Assembly: GCF_044324785.1 (NCBI RefSeq)
Contig: NZ_CP172127.1
From: Escherichia coli
Lineage (GTDB): Bacteria; Pseudomonadota; Gammaproteobacteria; Enterobacterales; Enterobacteriaceae
DNA: 64,000 bases
Direction: 5' to 3' (one strand)
In this document: piece by piece, positions 1 to 14,586 of the stretch
Layout of the letters: every line of letters starts with the position of its first letter
Numbering within the stretch: position 1 is the stretch's first letter
Program-made: the position numbers and the translations under genes
The notes under the pieces: generated by a model
Database searches by the model: none
The model's input: the letters and a program-made list of their open reading frames with translations, nothing else
Told to the model about the DNA's origin: nothing

Positions 1-1641
1 GCCACCTGGATCGCGCCGAATATGGGCACCGACGTGGCTCTGATGTTAGGTATCGCGCATACCCTGATGACACAAAGCAAACACGATAAAGTGTTCCTTG
101 AAAAATACACCACCGGGTATCCGCAGTTTGAAGAGTATCTGACAGGTAAGAGCGATAATACGCCGAAGAGCGCGGCCTGGGCGGCGGAAATTACTGGCAT
201 ACCGGAAGCGCAGATAGTCAAACTCGCTGAACTGATGGCGGCAAATCGCACAATGCTGATGGCAGGCTGGGGAATTCAGCGCCAGCAATATGGTGAACAG
301 AAACACTGGATGCTGGTGACGCTGGCGGCGATGTTAGGGCAGATTGGTACACCGGGCGGCGGTTTTGGTTTCTCTTATCATTACTCCAACGGTGGCAACC
401 CGACGCGTGTTGGCGGCGTGCTGCCGGAAATGTCTGCGGCGATTGCCGGACAGGCCAGCGAGGCCGCTGATGATGGCGGAATGACGGCGATTCCTGTTGC
501 CCGTATCGTTGATGCGCTGGAAAATCCTGGCGGCAAATATCAGCATAACGGTAAAGAACAAACGTATCCGAATATCAAAATGATCTGGTGGGCGGGTGGC
601 GGTAACTTTACCCATCACCAGGATACTAATCGTCTGATCAAAGCATGGCAGAAACCGGAGATGATCGTCGTTTCTGAATGCTACTGGACCGCAGCTGCTA
701 AACATGCAGATATCGTATTACCGATCACCACATCGTTTGAGCGCAATGACTTGACGATGACCGGTGATTACAGCAACCAGCATATTGTGCCGATGAAGCA
801 GGCTGTTGCTCCGCAATTTGAAGCGCGAAACGATTTTGATGTGTTTGCCGATCTTGCGGAATTACTCAAACCTGGCGGAAAAGAGATCTATACCGAAGGT
901 AAAGATGAAATGGCGTGGCTGAAATTTTTCTATGATGCCGCTCAGAAAGGTGCCCGTGCGCAACGCGTCACTATGCCAATGTTTAATGCCTTCTGGCAGC
1001 AAAATAAACTGATCGAAATGCGCCGCAGCGAGAAGAACGAACAGTACGTTCGTTATGGTGATTTCCGCGCCGATCCGGTGAAAAATGCGCTGGGTACGCC
1101 AAGCGGCAAAATTGAGATTTACTCCAAAACGCTGGAAAAATTTGGCTATAAGGATTGCCCGGCACACCCAACCTGGCTTGCGCCTGATGAGTGGAAAGGT
1201 TCCGCCGACGAGAAGCAGTTGCAGCTTCTGACCGCACATCCGGCACACCGTTTACACAGTCAGCTTAACTATGCGGAACTGCGTAAAAAATATGCGGTTG
1301 CCGATCGTGAACCGATCACTATTCACACCGAAGATGCTGCTCGCTTTGGTATTGCGAATGGCGATCTGGTGCGTGTCTGGAACAAACGTGGTCAGATTCT
1401 GACAGGCGCGGTGGTGACTGACGGGATCAAAAAAGGCGTGGTATGCGTGCATGAAGGTGCATGGCCAGATCTGGAAAATGGCTTGTGTAAAAACGGCAGT
1501 GCGAACGTGTTAACGGCGGATATCCCCAGCTCTCAGCTGGCAAATGCCTGTGCCGGTAACTCTGCGCTGGTGTATATCGAAAAATATACGGGCAATGCAC
1601 CGAAGTTAACGGCGTTTGATCAGCCAGCTGTTCAGGCATAA
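1..1641 (+). CDS. torZ: Trimethylamine-N-oxide reductase 2 catalytic subunit (molybdopterin oxidoreductase), C-terminal part; 5' end lies outside window
   Basis: ORF 22..1641 continues in frame to position 1; protein recognisable as TorZ/BisZ C-terminus; followed by REP cluster and cmoB as in K-12. Confidence 0.85.
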   Translation, partial: ATWIAPNMGTDVALMLGIAHTLMTQSKHDKVFLEKYTTGYPQFEEYLTGKSDNTPKSAAWAAEITGIPEAQIVKLAELMAANRTMLMAGWGIQRQQYGEQKHWMLVTLAAMLGQIGTPGGGFGFSYHYSNGGNPTRVGGVLPEMSAAIAGQASEAADDGGMTAIPVARIVDALENPGGKYQHNGKEQTYPNIKMIWWAGGGNFTHHQDTNRLIKAWQKPEMIVVSECYWTAAAKHADIVLPITTSFERNDLTMTGDYSNQHIVPMKQAVAPQFEARNDFDVFADLAELLKPGGKEIYTEGKDEMAWLKFFYDAAQKGARAQRVTMPMFNAFWQQNKLIEMRRSEKNEQYVRYGDFRADPVKNALGTPSGKIEIYSKTLEKFGYKDCPAHPTWLAPDEWKGSADEKQLQLLTAHPAHRLHSQLNYAELRKKYAVADREPITIHTEDAARFGIANGDLVRVWNKRGQILTGAVVTDGIKKGVVCVHEGAWPDLENGLCKNGSANVLTADIPSSQLANACAGNSALVYIEKYTGNAPKLTAFDQPAVQA

Positions 1642-1692
1642 GACGTGAAAAGCGCCCGGAAACGGGCGCTGAGGTTATGCAAACGTAAAACT

Positions 1693-1797
1693 GCCTGATG
1701 CGCTATGCTTATAAGGCCTACATAGTCCCTGCAATATATTGAATTAGCAAGATTTTGTAGGCCGGATAAGGCGTTCACGCCGCATCCGGCAGTAATA
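1693..1797. repeat. REP/BIME cluster (two REP-like palindromic units) in torZ-cmoB convergent spacer
   Basis: gcctgatgcgc...ataaggcctac and gccggataaggcgttcacgccgcatccggca match the E. coli REP consensus. Confidence 0.7.
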
Positions 1798-1805
1798 CCA
1801 GACCT

Positions 1806-3953
<2,148 letters not shown>

Positions 3954-4005
3954 ACAAACTCCCTTTAAAATGGCCGATGGCACCTGTCTATGATAGGTGG
4001 CAAAT

Positions 4006-4824
4006 TCAGAAAAGAGAAGATTGCTGTGGAATAGCCGGAACTGCTCCGATCTCTGGAAGCGTTTTACGTAAGTCTTCCCACAGGGTATGTACCAGTTCCG
4101 GGGCCTGGGCAATATCTGGCGTATGTAAAAAAAGATAAGGCGTAGTGGTCTGATGCCACTGCGCTAATTTTTGTAACCAGACCTGAAATAATTCCCGGTT
4201 TTGCGTCATATCATCACTACCGATAAAACGGATCAGCGGATTTGTCGCCGTCAGTACAGCATGTACCGGAACTTTAGGTTTTTTTCGTTGAGCGTCGCGA
4301 ATAGCTTCACTGTGTGGACGTGCTGCATGAACCGGGCGGCTGTCTAAAATCACCCGATTAACGCCGCGCTGATGTAAACCGCGATTAAGTGTTTGTTCCT
4401 CTTCCCCTTTGGCGAAAAACTGTGGATGGCGGACTTCCACACCATAATTAAACTCGCCGGGAAGAGAGTCGAGAAAATGCCAAAGCGCAGGCAGATCCCG
4501 TGGGCCAAATGTGGCAGGCAGTTGCAGCCAGTATTGCCCAATGCGCGGCGCTAACGGTGACATGCGGGTCAAAAATTCAGTCACTAAATCATCGCAATGC
4601 CGTAATGCTGCCTGATGCGAAATGGTCGCCGGAAACTTAAAACAGAAGCGAAAATTATCTGTGGTCTGCTCACGCCAGCGCAGGACAACCTCGGATTTCG
4701 GCAGGGCGTAAAGCGTGGTGTTGCCCTCCACACAGTTAAAGTGGCGGGCATACTCTTCAAGGCTGGTGATCCCCAACCGCACCCATTTAGGATGCGACCA
4801 TTGCGGCAGACCGATGTAAATCAT
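4006..4824 (-). CDS. yecE: UPF0759 family protein
   Basis: 272-aa ORF recognised as YecE; 4-nt overlap with yecD. Confidence 0.88.
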   Translation of the reverse strand: MIYIGLPQWSHPKWVRLGITSLEEYARHFNCVEGNTTLYALPKSEVVLRWREQTTDNFRFCFKFPATISHQAALRHCDDLVTEFLTRMSPLAPRIGQYWLQLPATFGPRDLPALWHFLDSLPGEFNYGVEVRHPQFFAKGEEEQTLNRGLHQRGVNRVILDSRPVHAARPHSEAIRDAQRKKPKVPVHAVLTATNPLIRFIGSDDMTQNRELFQVWLQKLAQWHQTTTPYLFLHTPDIAQAPELVHTLWEDLRKTLPEIGAVPAIPQQSSLF

Positions 4825-5387
4825 AATGCGTGGAGGATCTCTTCCACACTGCGCACACGGGCGATGCGTGGGTAGATATGGGTGATGCTGTTATTGTGCT
4901 GCTCGGCGCTGGCGGCGCTGCAGGCGTCTTCGGCAATCACCAGATTAAAACCGAGTTCCCAGGCATTGCGGGCGGTGGATTCAACACCGATATTGGTCGA
5001 GATCCCACATAATACTATTGTATCGATACCCCGGCGGCGTAATTGCAACTCCAGATCCGTACCGTAAAACGCACCCCATTGACGTTTGATGATTTCGATA
5101 TCACTGTCAGTTGCACCTAATGCAGCAGGATGTTGCCACCAGTTTTCGGGCAACACTTTAGCGGGGGAAGGGGCATCAACCGGCTGTTTTAATGCTTCGG
5201 CATAATCGGCAGACCAGCCAACGCGCACCAGAAACACGGGCTGACCGCTGGCGCGAAATTTCGCCGCCAGCTGCCCGGCGCGAATAACCACCTCATCGGC
5301 AGTATGTGGACCTCCGGCAAAAGGTAAGATGCCTTCTTGTAAATCAATCACCACCAGCGCGGTGGTTTTAGCATTAAGTTCAAGCAT
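4821..5387 (-). CDS. yecD: Isochorismatase-family hydrolase
   Basis: ORF 4821..5402 begins at TTG; trimmed to ATG at 5387 (188 aa) preceded by AGGAG SD. Confidence 0.85.
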   Translation of the reverse strand: MLELNAKTTALVVIDLQEGILPFAGGPHTADEVVIRAGQLAAKFRASGQPVFLVRVGWSADYAEALKQPVDAPSPAKVLPENWWQHPAALGATDSDIEIIKRQWGAFYGTDLELQLRRRGIDTIVLCGISTNIGVESTARNAWELGFNLVIAEDACSAASAEQHNNSITHIYPRIARVRSVEEILHAL

Positions 5388-5696
5388 GATGACTCCTGAC
5401 AAAACAAAATCGTGCCTCTCACCTTAATGCGATTAGCCGATGGCGGAACGACAAATTTTGTTAATTTTTATGAGTTCGGGCAACACCTTTATAGCAAACT
5501 GGCGTAGAGTCTGATTTCAGGCCCGATATAAAGTGGTAACGAGGCGTTCCAGCGCGGGCCAGGCTCTTACGGTGCGGCAGAATTTCCAGTATAATAGCCG
5601 CCTTTTTTCATTCAGTTGTGACATACAGCTAACGCTGCGACTTGGTCACCTGCGCAGCAGGGGGCATCCGCCGGCAGCTAAGTTAAGGGATATCTC

Positions 5697-7469
5697 ATGC
5701 GTACAGAATATTGTGGACAGCTCCGTTTGTCCCACGTGGGGCAGCAGGTGACTCTGTGTGGTTGGGTCAACCGTCGTCGTGATCTTGGTAGCCTGATCTT
5801 CATCGATATGCGCGACCGCGAAGGTATCGTGCAGGTATTTTTCGATCCGGATCGTGCGGACGCGTTAAAGCTGGCCTCTGAACTGCGTAATGAGTTCTGC
5901 ATTCAGGTCACGGGCACCGTACGTGCGCGTGACGAAAAAAATATTAACCGCGATATGGCGACCGGCGAAATCGAAGTGCTGGCGTCCTCGCTGACTATCA
6001 TCAACCGCGCAGATGTTCTGCCGCTTGACTCTAACCACGTCAACACCGAAGAAGCGCGTCTGAAATACCGCTACCTCGACCTGCGTCGCCCGGAAATGGC
6101 TCAGCGCCTGAAAACCCGCGCTAAAATCACCAGCCTGGTGCGCCGTTTTATGGATGACCACGGCTTCCTCGACATCGAAACTCCGATGCTGACCAAAGCC
6201 ACGCCGGAAGGCGCGCGTGACTACCTGGTGCCTTCTCGTGTGCACAAAGGTAAATTCTACGCACTGCCGCAATCCCCGCAGTTGTTCAAACAGCTGCTGA
6301 TGATGTCCGGCTTTGACCGTTACTATCAGATCGTTAAATGCTTCCGTGACGAAGACCTGCGCGCTGATCGTCAGCCTGAATTTACTCAGATCGATGTGGA
6401 AACTTCTTTCATGACCGCGCCGCAAGTGCGTGAAGTGATGGAAGCGCTGGTGCGTCATCTGTGGCTGGAAGTGAAGGGCGTGGATCTGGGTGATTTCCCG
6501 GTAATGACCTTTGCAGAAGCAGAACGCCGTTATGGTTCTGATAAACCGGATCTGCGTAACCCGATGGAACTGACCGACGTTGCCGATCTGCTGAAATCCG
6601 TTGAATTTGCAGTATTTGCAGGTCCGGCGAACGATCCGAAAGGCCGTGTTGCCGCTCTGCGTGTTCCGGGTGGCGCATCGCTGACCCGTAAACAGATCGA
6701 CGAATACGGTAACTTCGTTAAAATCTACGGCGCGAAAGGTCTGGCTTACATCAAAGTTAACGAACGCACGAAAGGTCTGGAAGGTATCAACAGCCCGGTA
6801 GCGAAGTTCCTTAATGCAGAAATCATCGAAGCCATCCTGGATCGTACTGCCGCGCAAGATGGCGATATGATTTTCTTCGGTGCCGACAACAAGAAAATTG
6901 TTGCCGACGCGATGGGTGCACTGCGCCTGAAAGTGGGTAAAGACCTTGGTCTGACCGACGAAAGCAAATGGGCACCGCTGTGGGTTATCGACTTCCCGAT
7001 GTTTGAAGACGACGGTGAAGGCGGCCTGACGGCAATGCACCATCCGTTCACCTCACCGAAAGACATGACTGCTGCAGAACTGAAAGCTGCACCAGAAAAT
7101 GCGGTGGCGAACGCTTACGATATGGTCATCAATGGTTACGAAGTGGGCGGTGGTTCAGTACGTATCCATAATGGTGATATGCAGCAGACGGTGTTTGGTA
7201 TTCTGGGTATCAACGAAGAGGAACAGCGCGAGAAATTCGGCTTCCTGCTCGACGCCCTGAAATACGGTACTCCGCCGCACGCAGGTCTGGCATTCGGTCT
7301 TGACCGTCTGACCATGCTGCTGACCGGCACCGACAATATCCGTGACGTTATCGCCTTCCCGAAAACCACGGCGGCAGCATGTCTGATGACTGAAGCACCG
7401 AGCTTTGCTAACCCGACTGCACTGGCTGAGCTGAGCATTCAGGTTGTGAAGAAGGCAGAGAATAACTGA
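5697..7469 (+). CDS. aspS: Aspartate--tRNA ligase
   Basis: 590-aa ORF; class II aaRS, recognised as AspS. Confidence 0.97.
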   Translation: MRTEYCGQLRLSHVGQQVTLCGWVNRRRDLGSLIFIDMRDREGIVQVFFDPDRADALKLASELRNEFCIQVTGTVRARDEKNINRDMATGEIEVLASSLTIINRADVLPLDSNHVNTEEARLKYRYLDLRRPEMAQRLKTRAKITSLVRRFMDDHGFLDIETPMLTKATPEGARDYLVPSRVHKGKFYALPQSPQLFKQLLMMSGFDRYYQIVKCFRDEDLRADRQPEFTQIDVETSFMTAPQVREVMEALVRHLWLEVKGVDLGDFPVMTFAEAERRYGSDKPDLRNPMELTDVADLLKSVEFAVFAGPANDPKGRVAALRVPGGASLTRKQIDEYGNFVKIYGAKGLAYIKVNERTKGLEGINSPVAKFLNAEIIEAILDRTAAQDGDMIFFGADNKKIVADAMGALRLKVGKDLGLTDESKWAPLWVIDFPMFEDDGEGGLTAMHHPFTSPKDMTAAELKAAPENAVANAYDMVINGYEVGGGSVRIHNGDMQQTVFGILGINEEEQREKFGFLLDALKYGTPPHAGLAFGLDRLTMLLTGTDNIRDVIAFPKTTAAACLMTEAPSFANPTALAELSIQVVKKAENN

Positions 7470-7586
7470 TATGACTCAAATACACGAAATCATTCGCGTT
7501 GCATCGAGGCGGCAACTGAGTGAACTCCCATGAGCATAGATAACTATGTGAATGGGATGAGCGAAGGCAGTCAACGAAGAGGCAGC

Positions 7587-8039
7587 GTGAAGGATAAAGT
7601 GTATAAGCGTCCCGTTTCGATCTTAGTGGTCATCTATGCACAAGATACGAAACGGGTGCTGATGTTGCAGCGGCGTGACGATCCCGATTTCTGGCAGTCG
7701 GTAACCGGCAGCGTGGAAGAGGGTGAAACCGCGCCGCAAGCTGCCATGCGCGAAGTAAAGGAAGAGGTCACCATCGATGTTGTCGCTGAACAACTGACCT
7801 TAATTGACTGTCAGCGCACGGTAGAATTTGAAATTTTTTCACATTTACGTCATCGCTATGCGCCGGGCGTGACGCGTAATACGGAATCATGGTTCTGTCT
7901 TGCGCTCCCGCACGAACGCCAGGTCGTCTTCACTGAACATCTGGCCTACAAGTGGCTTGATGCGCCTGCTGCGGCGGCGCTCACTAAGTCCTGGAGCAAC
8001 CGGCAGGCGATTGAACAGTTTGTCATTAACGCTGCCTGA
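7587..8039 (+). CDS. nudB: Dihydroneopterin triphosphate diphosphatase (Nudix)
   Basis: ORF 7530..8039 trimmed to GTG at 7587 (150 aa); Nudix box [21 protein letters not shown]. Confidence 0.85.
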
Positions 8040-8067
8040 ACAGGCAGGGCTATCTGGAGATATTTTT

Positions 8068-8808
8068 ATGGCAGGTCATAGTAAATGGGCCAACACCAGA
8101 CATCGTAAAGCTGCGCAGGATGCTAAGCGCGGTAAAATCTTCACTAAAATCATTCGTGAGCTGGTAACTGCAGCTAAGCTCGGCGGTGGCGATCCGGACG
8201 CTAACCCGCGTCTGCGTGCAGCAATTGATAAAGCATTGTCTAACAACATGACCCGTGACACTCTGAACCGCGCAATTGCACGTGGTGTGGGCGGTGATGA
8301 TGATGCAAACATGGAAACCATCATCTACGAAGGTTACGGTCCTGGCGGCACGGCAATCATGATTGAATGTCTGTCTGACAACCGCAACCGTACCGTTGCT
8401 GAAGTGCGTCATGCATTCAGCAAATGTGGCGGTAACCTCGGTACTGATGGTTCCGTAGCTTATCTGTTCAGCAAAAAAGGCGTGATCTCCTTCGAGAAAG
8501 GCGATGAAGACACCATCATGGAAGCAGCACTGGAAGCAGGTGCTGAAGACGTTGTGACCTATGATGACGGCGCGATTGATGTCTACACTGCATGGGAAGA
8601 AATGGGTAAAGTGCGCGACGCTCTGGAAGCGGCAGGTCTGAAAGCAGACAGCGCGGAAGTTTCCATGATCCCGTCCACCAAAGCTGATATGGATGCAGAA
8701 ACCGCACCGAAACTGATGCGTCTGATCGATATGCTGGAAGATTGCGACGACGTGCAGGAAGTCTACCATAACGGTGAAATCTCTGATGAGGTTGCAGCGA
8801 CTCTCTGA
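8068..8808 (+). CDS. yebC: YebC/PmpR-family transcriptional regulator
   Basis: ORF trimmed to ATG at 8068 (246 aa, [10 protein letters not shown]...). Confidence 0.9.
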
Positions 8809-8842
8809 TGGGGCCTGCTAAACAGCAAAACGGAGACGCGTG

Positions 8843-9364
8843 ATGGCTATTATTCTCGGCATTGACCCGGGTTCGCGCGTGACCGGCTATGGCGTCATCC
8901 GCCAGGTAGGCAGGCAATTGTCCTACCTGGGTAGCGGATGCATACGCACCAAAGTGGATGATTTACCGTCTCGTCTGAAGCTCATCTATGCGGGCGTGAC
9001 GGAAATCATCACCCAGTTCCAGCCTGATTATTTCGCCATTGAACAAGTCTTTATGGCGAAGAACGCTGACTCAGCCCTGAAACTGGGTCAGGCGCGCGGC
9101 GTGGCGATTGTGGCGGCGGTGAATCAGGAATTACCAGTATTTGAATACGCGGCACGTCAGGTAAAGCAAACGGTGGTAGGTATTGGTAGTGCCGAAAAAA
9201 GCCAGGTGCAGCATATGGTCCGCACCTTGCTGAAACTGCCCGCTAACCCGCAGGCGGACGCCGCCGATGCGTTAGCTATCGCGATTACCCACTGCCACGT
9301 CAGTCAGAATGCGATGCAGATGAGCGAATCGCGGCTGAACCTGGCGAGAGGGCGACTGCGTTAA
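8843..9364 (+). CDS. ruvC: Holliday junction resolvase RuvC
   Basis: 173-aa protein [18 protein letters not shown]...; recognised RuvC. Confidence 0.95.
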
Positions 9365-9365
9365 G

Positions 9366-9968
9366 TTATACCGCCTCGGTCAGTTCCGGCTGAGGCGTTT
9401 CCACTCCCTCCGCATGAATCAACACCAAACCCGGATGATGCCACAAACTGGCTGGCGTGACGGTTTTACGCTCCCACGGAATAGAACCTAAGAACCAGAA
9501 TTTCCAGAAAGTGAGTTTTGCATTCGGATTGCTATTTAACAGTTCTCCAAACGTCTCTATTTCACCCACCGGAATACATAGCGCCTCTTTATAAATATCA
9601 AAAACAAATTTTGAACAGAACTGGCGCGAAGATTCGTATTTAAAACCGGTGTGGTAAAGTTTGCGTAACCGGGAGGGAACCTGTTCAACAATTCGTTGTT
9701 TTTGTTGTTGTGTTAGCCCGGCGTCTAATCGTTTTATAGCATAGCGTTGATTAGCAGAACGTTTAATAAAACGAGACAGCGTGGTGATAGTTGAAAGGGG
9801 AACCCGGCTTTCTGCAACCAGGAAGTCTTCACCGTTATGACCGATAATGATCCCGACGTGATTACTCCAGCAATTTGATGCAGCTGATATTTGACCAAAT
9901 AAGGCAGCACCTATACATGTAAAGACGATATCACCAATTTCATATTCAGCAGGGTAATTAATATTCAT
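9366..9968 (-). CDS. yebB: Uncharacterised protein YebB (probable permuted papain-like amidase family)
   Basis: ORF 9366..10067 trimmed to internal ATG (200 aa); AT-rich gene on opposite strand between ruvC and ruvA. Confidence 0.75.
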   Translation of the reverse strand: MNINYPAEYEIGDIVFTCIGAALFGQISAASNCWSNHVGIIIGHNGEDFLVAESRVPLSTITTLSRFIKRSANQRYAIKRLDAGLTQQQKQRIVEQVPSRLRKLYHTGFKYESSRQFCSKFVFDIYKEALCIPVGEIETFGELLNSNPNAKLTFWKFWFLGSIPWERKTVTPASLWHHPGLVLIHAEGVETPQPELTEAV

Positions 9969-10038
9969 GTTGTCATTCCATTGAAATAGATATGAATATA
10001 CGTAATAGCATAAATAATTTATTTTTTCAGGAGGCGCA

Positions 10039-10104
10039 ATGTATATTTTAATTACGCATTTCTTCACTGAATATGTAATATTTAAATATTTGCTTCCAAT
10101 ATAA
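10039..10104 (+). CDS. Candidate 21-aa small hydrophobic protein ([21 protein letters not shown])
   Basis: ATG preceded by AGGAGG at 7-nt spacing; below ORF-track size cutoff; may correspond to the annotated small protein yobI, but this is from memory and not verified. Confidence 0.4.
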   Translation: MYILITHFFTEYVIFKYLLPI

Positions 10105-10175
10105 CCTGTAGAAAAAATTCTACTGCGTCATTTTTCAGAACATCGGGACGCCTCGCAAGTTTTCTTCATCCTTCG

Positions 10176-10191
10176 CTGGATATCTATCCAG
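10176..10191 (+). promoter_or_regulatory. LexA (SOS) box upstream of ruvAB
   Basis: CTGGATATCTATCCAG palindrome matching the CTG-N10-CAG LexA consensus, about 50 bp upstream of ruvA. Confidence 0.75.
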
Positions 10192-10242
10192 CATTTTTTT
10201 ATCATACAGCATTATCTTTGATTCATTACGCAGGAGCGTCAT

Positions 10243-10854
10243 GTGATAGGCAGACTCAGAGGCATCATCATTGAAAAACAACCCCCGCTGGTGTTAATTG
10301 AAGTGGGCGGCGTAGGCTATGAAGTGCATATGCCGATGACCTGTTTTTATGAACTCCCTGAAGCGGGTCAGGAAGCGATCGTTTTCACCCACTTTGTGGT
10401 GCGTGAAGACGCGCAATTGCTGTACGGTTTTAACAATAAACAAGAGCGCACGTTGTTCAAAGAGTTGATCAAAACCAACGGCGTCGGCCCGAAGTTGGCG
10501 CTGGCGATCCTCTCTGGAATGTCAGCGCAGCAGTTCGTTAATGCCGTTGAGCGTGAAGAAGTGGGGGCGCTGGTGAAACTGCCGGGTATTGGCAAAAAAA
10601 CCGCCGAACGCTTGATTGTTGAAATGAAAGACCGATTTAAAGGTTTGCATGGCGATCTCTTTACGCCAGCCGCCGACCTGGTACTCACATCACCTGCCAG
10701 CCCGGCGACCGACGATGCTGAACAGGAAGCGGTTGCCGCGCTGGTGGCGCTGGGCTATAAACCACAAGAAGCAAGCCGCATGGTGAGCAAAATCGCTCGC
10801 CCTGACGCCAGCAGTGAAACATTAATTCGCGAAGCCCTACGCGCCGCGTTATGA
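10243..10854 (+). CDS. ruvA: Holliday junction branch migration complex subunit RuvA
   Basis: 203-aa ORF with GTG start; recognised RuvA. Confidence 0.95.
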   Translation: MIGRLRGIIIEKQPPLVLIEVGGVGYEVHMPMTCFYELPEAGQEAIVFTHFVVREDAQLLYGFNNKQERTLFKELIKTNGVGPKLALAILSGMSAQQFVNAVEREEVGALVKLPGIGKKTAERLIVEMKDRFKGLHGDLFTPAADLVLTSPASPATDDAEQEAVAALVALGYKPQEASRMVSKIARPDASSETLIREALRAAL

Positions 10855-10859
10855 GGTAA

Positions 10860-11873
<1,014 letters not shown>

Positions 11874-11877
11874 GTCG

Positions 11878-12012
11878 GATTGGTCGCTCGCGGTGCATCC
11901 GACACTGGCAGTGTTGCCTGATGCGCCGCTATTCGCGTCTTATCAGGCATATACCAGAGATAGCGAACCATAGGTCGGATAAGGCGCTCGCGCCGCATCC
12001 GACAAATGTGTT
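11878..12012. repeat. REP/BIME cluster between ruvB and znuB
   Basis: Three REP-like units (ggtcgctcgcggtgcatccgaca; gcctgatgcgccgc...gcgtcttatcaggc; ggtcggataaggcgctcgcgccgcatccgaca). Confidence 0.7.
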
Positions 12013-12022
12013 CAGCGATAGA

Positions 12023-12808
12023 TTAGCTGGCTTGCTTTTTCATCATACTGATAATAAATAACAGTGCCGCACATAGCACCACCGACGGACCCGCCGGCGT
12101 ATCGTAAAATGCGGAAAAGGTTAAACCGCCAGTTACTGCCACCATTCCCACCAAAACAGCGACACCGGCCATCTGTTCCGGCGTGCGGGCAAAGCGACGC
12201 GCAGTAGCTGCAGGAATAATTAGCAACGAAGTAATAATCAACGCGCCGACAAATTTCATCGCTACACCAATCGTCAATGCCGTCACCAGCATCAACAACA
12301 ATTTCACGCGCTGTAATTTCACTCCATCAACAAACGCCAGATCCGGGCTAATCGTCATCGACAGCAAATTGCGCCATTGCCAGAACAAAATCGCCACCAC
12401 GATGACCACGCCAATTGCAATAGAGATGAGATCTTCTGGCGTCACTGCCAGCAAATCACCGAACAGGTAAGCCATCAAATCAACACGAATATTAGACATC
12501 AGACTAACGACAACCAGGCCCAGCGACAGGGCACTGTGCGCCATAATCCCTAATAACGTGTCGATCGCCAGCTGTGGACGCTTCTCCAGCCATACCAGAC
12601 CGCCCGCCAGCAGCAGCGTAACTGCAATCACCGCATAGAATGGATTCACGTCCAGCAACAAACCAAACGCGACGCCAAGTAATGAGGCATGAGCCAGCGT
12701 ATCACCGAAATAAGACATACGACGCCAGACCACAAACGAACCCAGCGGACCCGCGGCACAGGCGAGCATGATCCCGGCTAACCAACCGGGAAATAATAAT
12801 TCAATCAT
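12023..12808 (-). CDS. znuB: Zinc ABC transporter permease
   Basis: 261-aa membrane protein; 4-nt overlap with znuC. Confidence 0.93.
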
Positions 12809-13560
12809 GAGCGATCATTTCCCCGACGCAAAACAATTCGTCCCTGTAAATCGTGACGATGATTATGATGATGGCGATAGATACCCAGTTGTTCAGCACC
12901 ACGAGGACCAAACATAGAAATAAACTCCGGATGCAGGGAAACAACTTCCGGTGTACCGGAACAACAAATGTGGTGATTCAGGCAAAGCACTTCATCGGTT
13001 TTTGCCATTACCAGATGCAGATCGTGAGAGACCATTAAAACGCCACAATCCAGTTCGCGACGCAACTGGTCAATAAGGTCATATAACGCCACCTGACCAT
13101 TCACATCCACGCCCTGAGTGGGTTCATCCAGCACTAATAATTGCGGTCGATTTAACAATGCTCGCGCTAACAATACACGCTGTGTTTCGCCACCCGAGAG
13201 CTTTTGCATCGGTGCGTTAATCAGATGCCCGGCCTGGACACGTTTCAGTGCAGGCAAAATATCTTCTTTATGTGTGCCAGGGCGTAAGCGTAAAAAACGG
13301 TTTACGGTCAGTGGCAACGTGGTGTCGAGATACAGCTTCTGCGGTACATAGCCGATGCGCAGTTTTCCGTTGCGCTTGATAACCCCTTCATCGGGTGTTA
13401 CCAGCCCGAGCACTACCCGTACCAGTGTCGACTTACCTGCGCCATTTGGCCCAAGTAAAGTCAAAATTTTTCCAGGTTTAAGTTCCAGCGACACATCAGA
13501 GAGGACGCGGCGTTGGCCAAAAGAAACCGAGACATTTTCCAGGGAAACCAGACTTGTCAT
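12805..13560 (-). CDS. znuC: Zinc ABC transporter ATP-binding protein
   Basis: 251-aa ABC ATPase (Walker [10 protein letters not shown], signature LSGGETQR). Confidence 0.93.
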
Positions 13561-13586
13561 GTTAATTTTAGTCTTGCAGTAGTCAT

Positions 13587-13609
13587 GAAATGTTATAATA
13601 TCACACTTC
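13587..13609. promoter_or_regulatory. Zur box in divergent znuCB/znuA promoter region
   Basis: GAAATGTTATAATATCACACTTC resembles Zur consensus GAAATGTTATANTATAACATTTC; sits between the divergent start codons. Confidence 0.65.
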
Positions 13610-13638
13610 TCATATTCATTACGATGATTGGTCGCATT

Positions 13639-14571
13639 ATGTTACATAAAAAAACGCTTCTTTTCGCAGCATTATCCGCCGCTCTCTGGGGCGGTGCAAC
13701 ACAGGCCGCAGATGCTGCCGTTGTCGCTTCGCTTAAACCCGTTGGGTTCATCGCTTCTGCCATTGCTGATGGGGTAACAGAAACGGAGGTTTTACTACCT
13801 GACGGCGCTTCAGAACATGATTATTCACTGCGTCCATCAGATGTAAAACGCTTACAGAACGCGGACTTAGTCGTTTGGGTTGGCCCGGAGATGGAAGCGT
13901 TCATGCAAAAACCGGTAAGTAAATTACCTGAAGCGAAACAGGTAACGATTGCGCAGCTAGAGAATGTGAAACCGCTGCTGATGAAAAGTATTCACGGCGA
14001 TGATGATGATCACGACCACGCGGAAAAAAGTGACGAAGATCACCATCACGGCGATTTCAACATGCATCTTTGGCTTTCCCCAGAGATAGCGCGGGCTACA
14101 GCGGTTGCAATCCATGGAAAATTAGTGGAACTTATGCCGCAAAGTCGAGCCAAACTTGACGCCAACCTGAAGGATTTTGAGGCACAATTAGCCTCAACCG
14201 AAAAGCAGGTTGGTAACGAGCTCGCGCCGCTCAAGGGGAAAGGTTATTTCGTTTTTCACGATGCTTACGGCTATTTCGAAAAACAGTTCGGACTGACACC
14301 GCTTGGTCATTTTACCGTTAACCCTGAGATTCAACCTGGCGCGCAGCGTTTACATGAAATAAGAACACAGTTGGTTGAGCAAAAAGCAACCTGCGTTTTT
14401 GCTGAGCCACAGTTCAGGCCAGCGGTCGTTGAGAGCGTCGCACGAGGGACATCCGTTCGTATGGGAACGTTGGATCCCCTGGGGACGAATATCAAACTGG
14501 GTAAAACAAGCTATTCAGAATTCCTGAATCAATTAGCCAACCAGTATGCGAGCTGCCTGAAAGGAGATTAA
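13639..14571 (+). CDS. znuA: Periplasmic zinc-binding protein ZnuA
   Basis: ORF 13513..14571 trimmed to ATG at 13639 (310 aa, signal peptide [23 protein letters not shown]); His/Asp-rich loop [21 protein letters not shown]. Confidence 0.9.
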
Positions 14572-14586
14572 TGAGGAAGTGATTAC

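Noticed and set aside
5865-7043. 392-aa ORF antisense to aspS (similar long antisense ORFs at 8050-8769 vs yebC, 20140-21039 vs zwf, 60147-60899 vs sdaA, 50507-51091 vs cspC/rlmA)
   Set aside because: Each lies entirely opposite a well-conserved housekeeping gene; no start context, and long stop-free antisense frames are common in GC-rich E. coli coding DNA.
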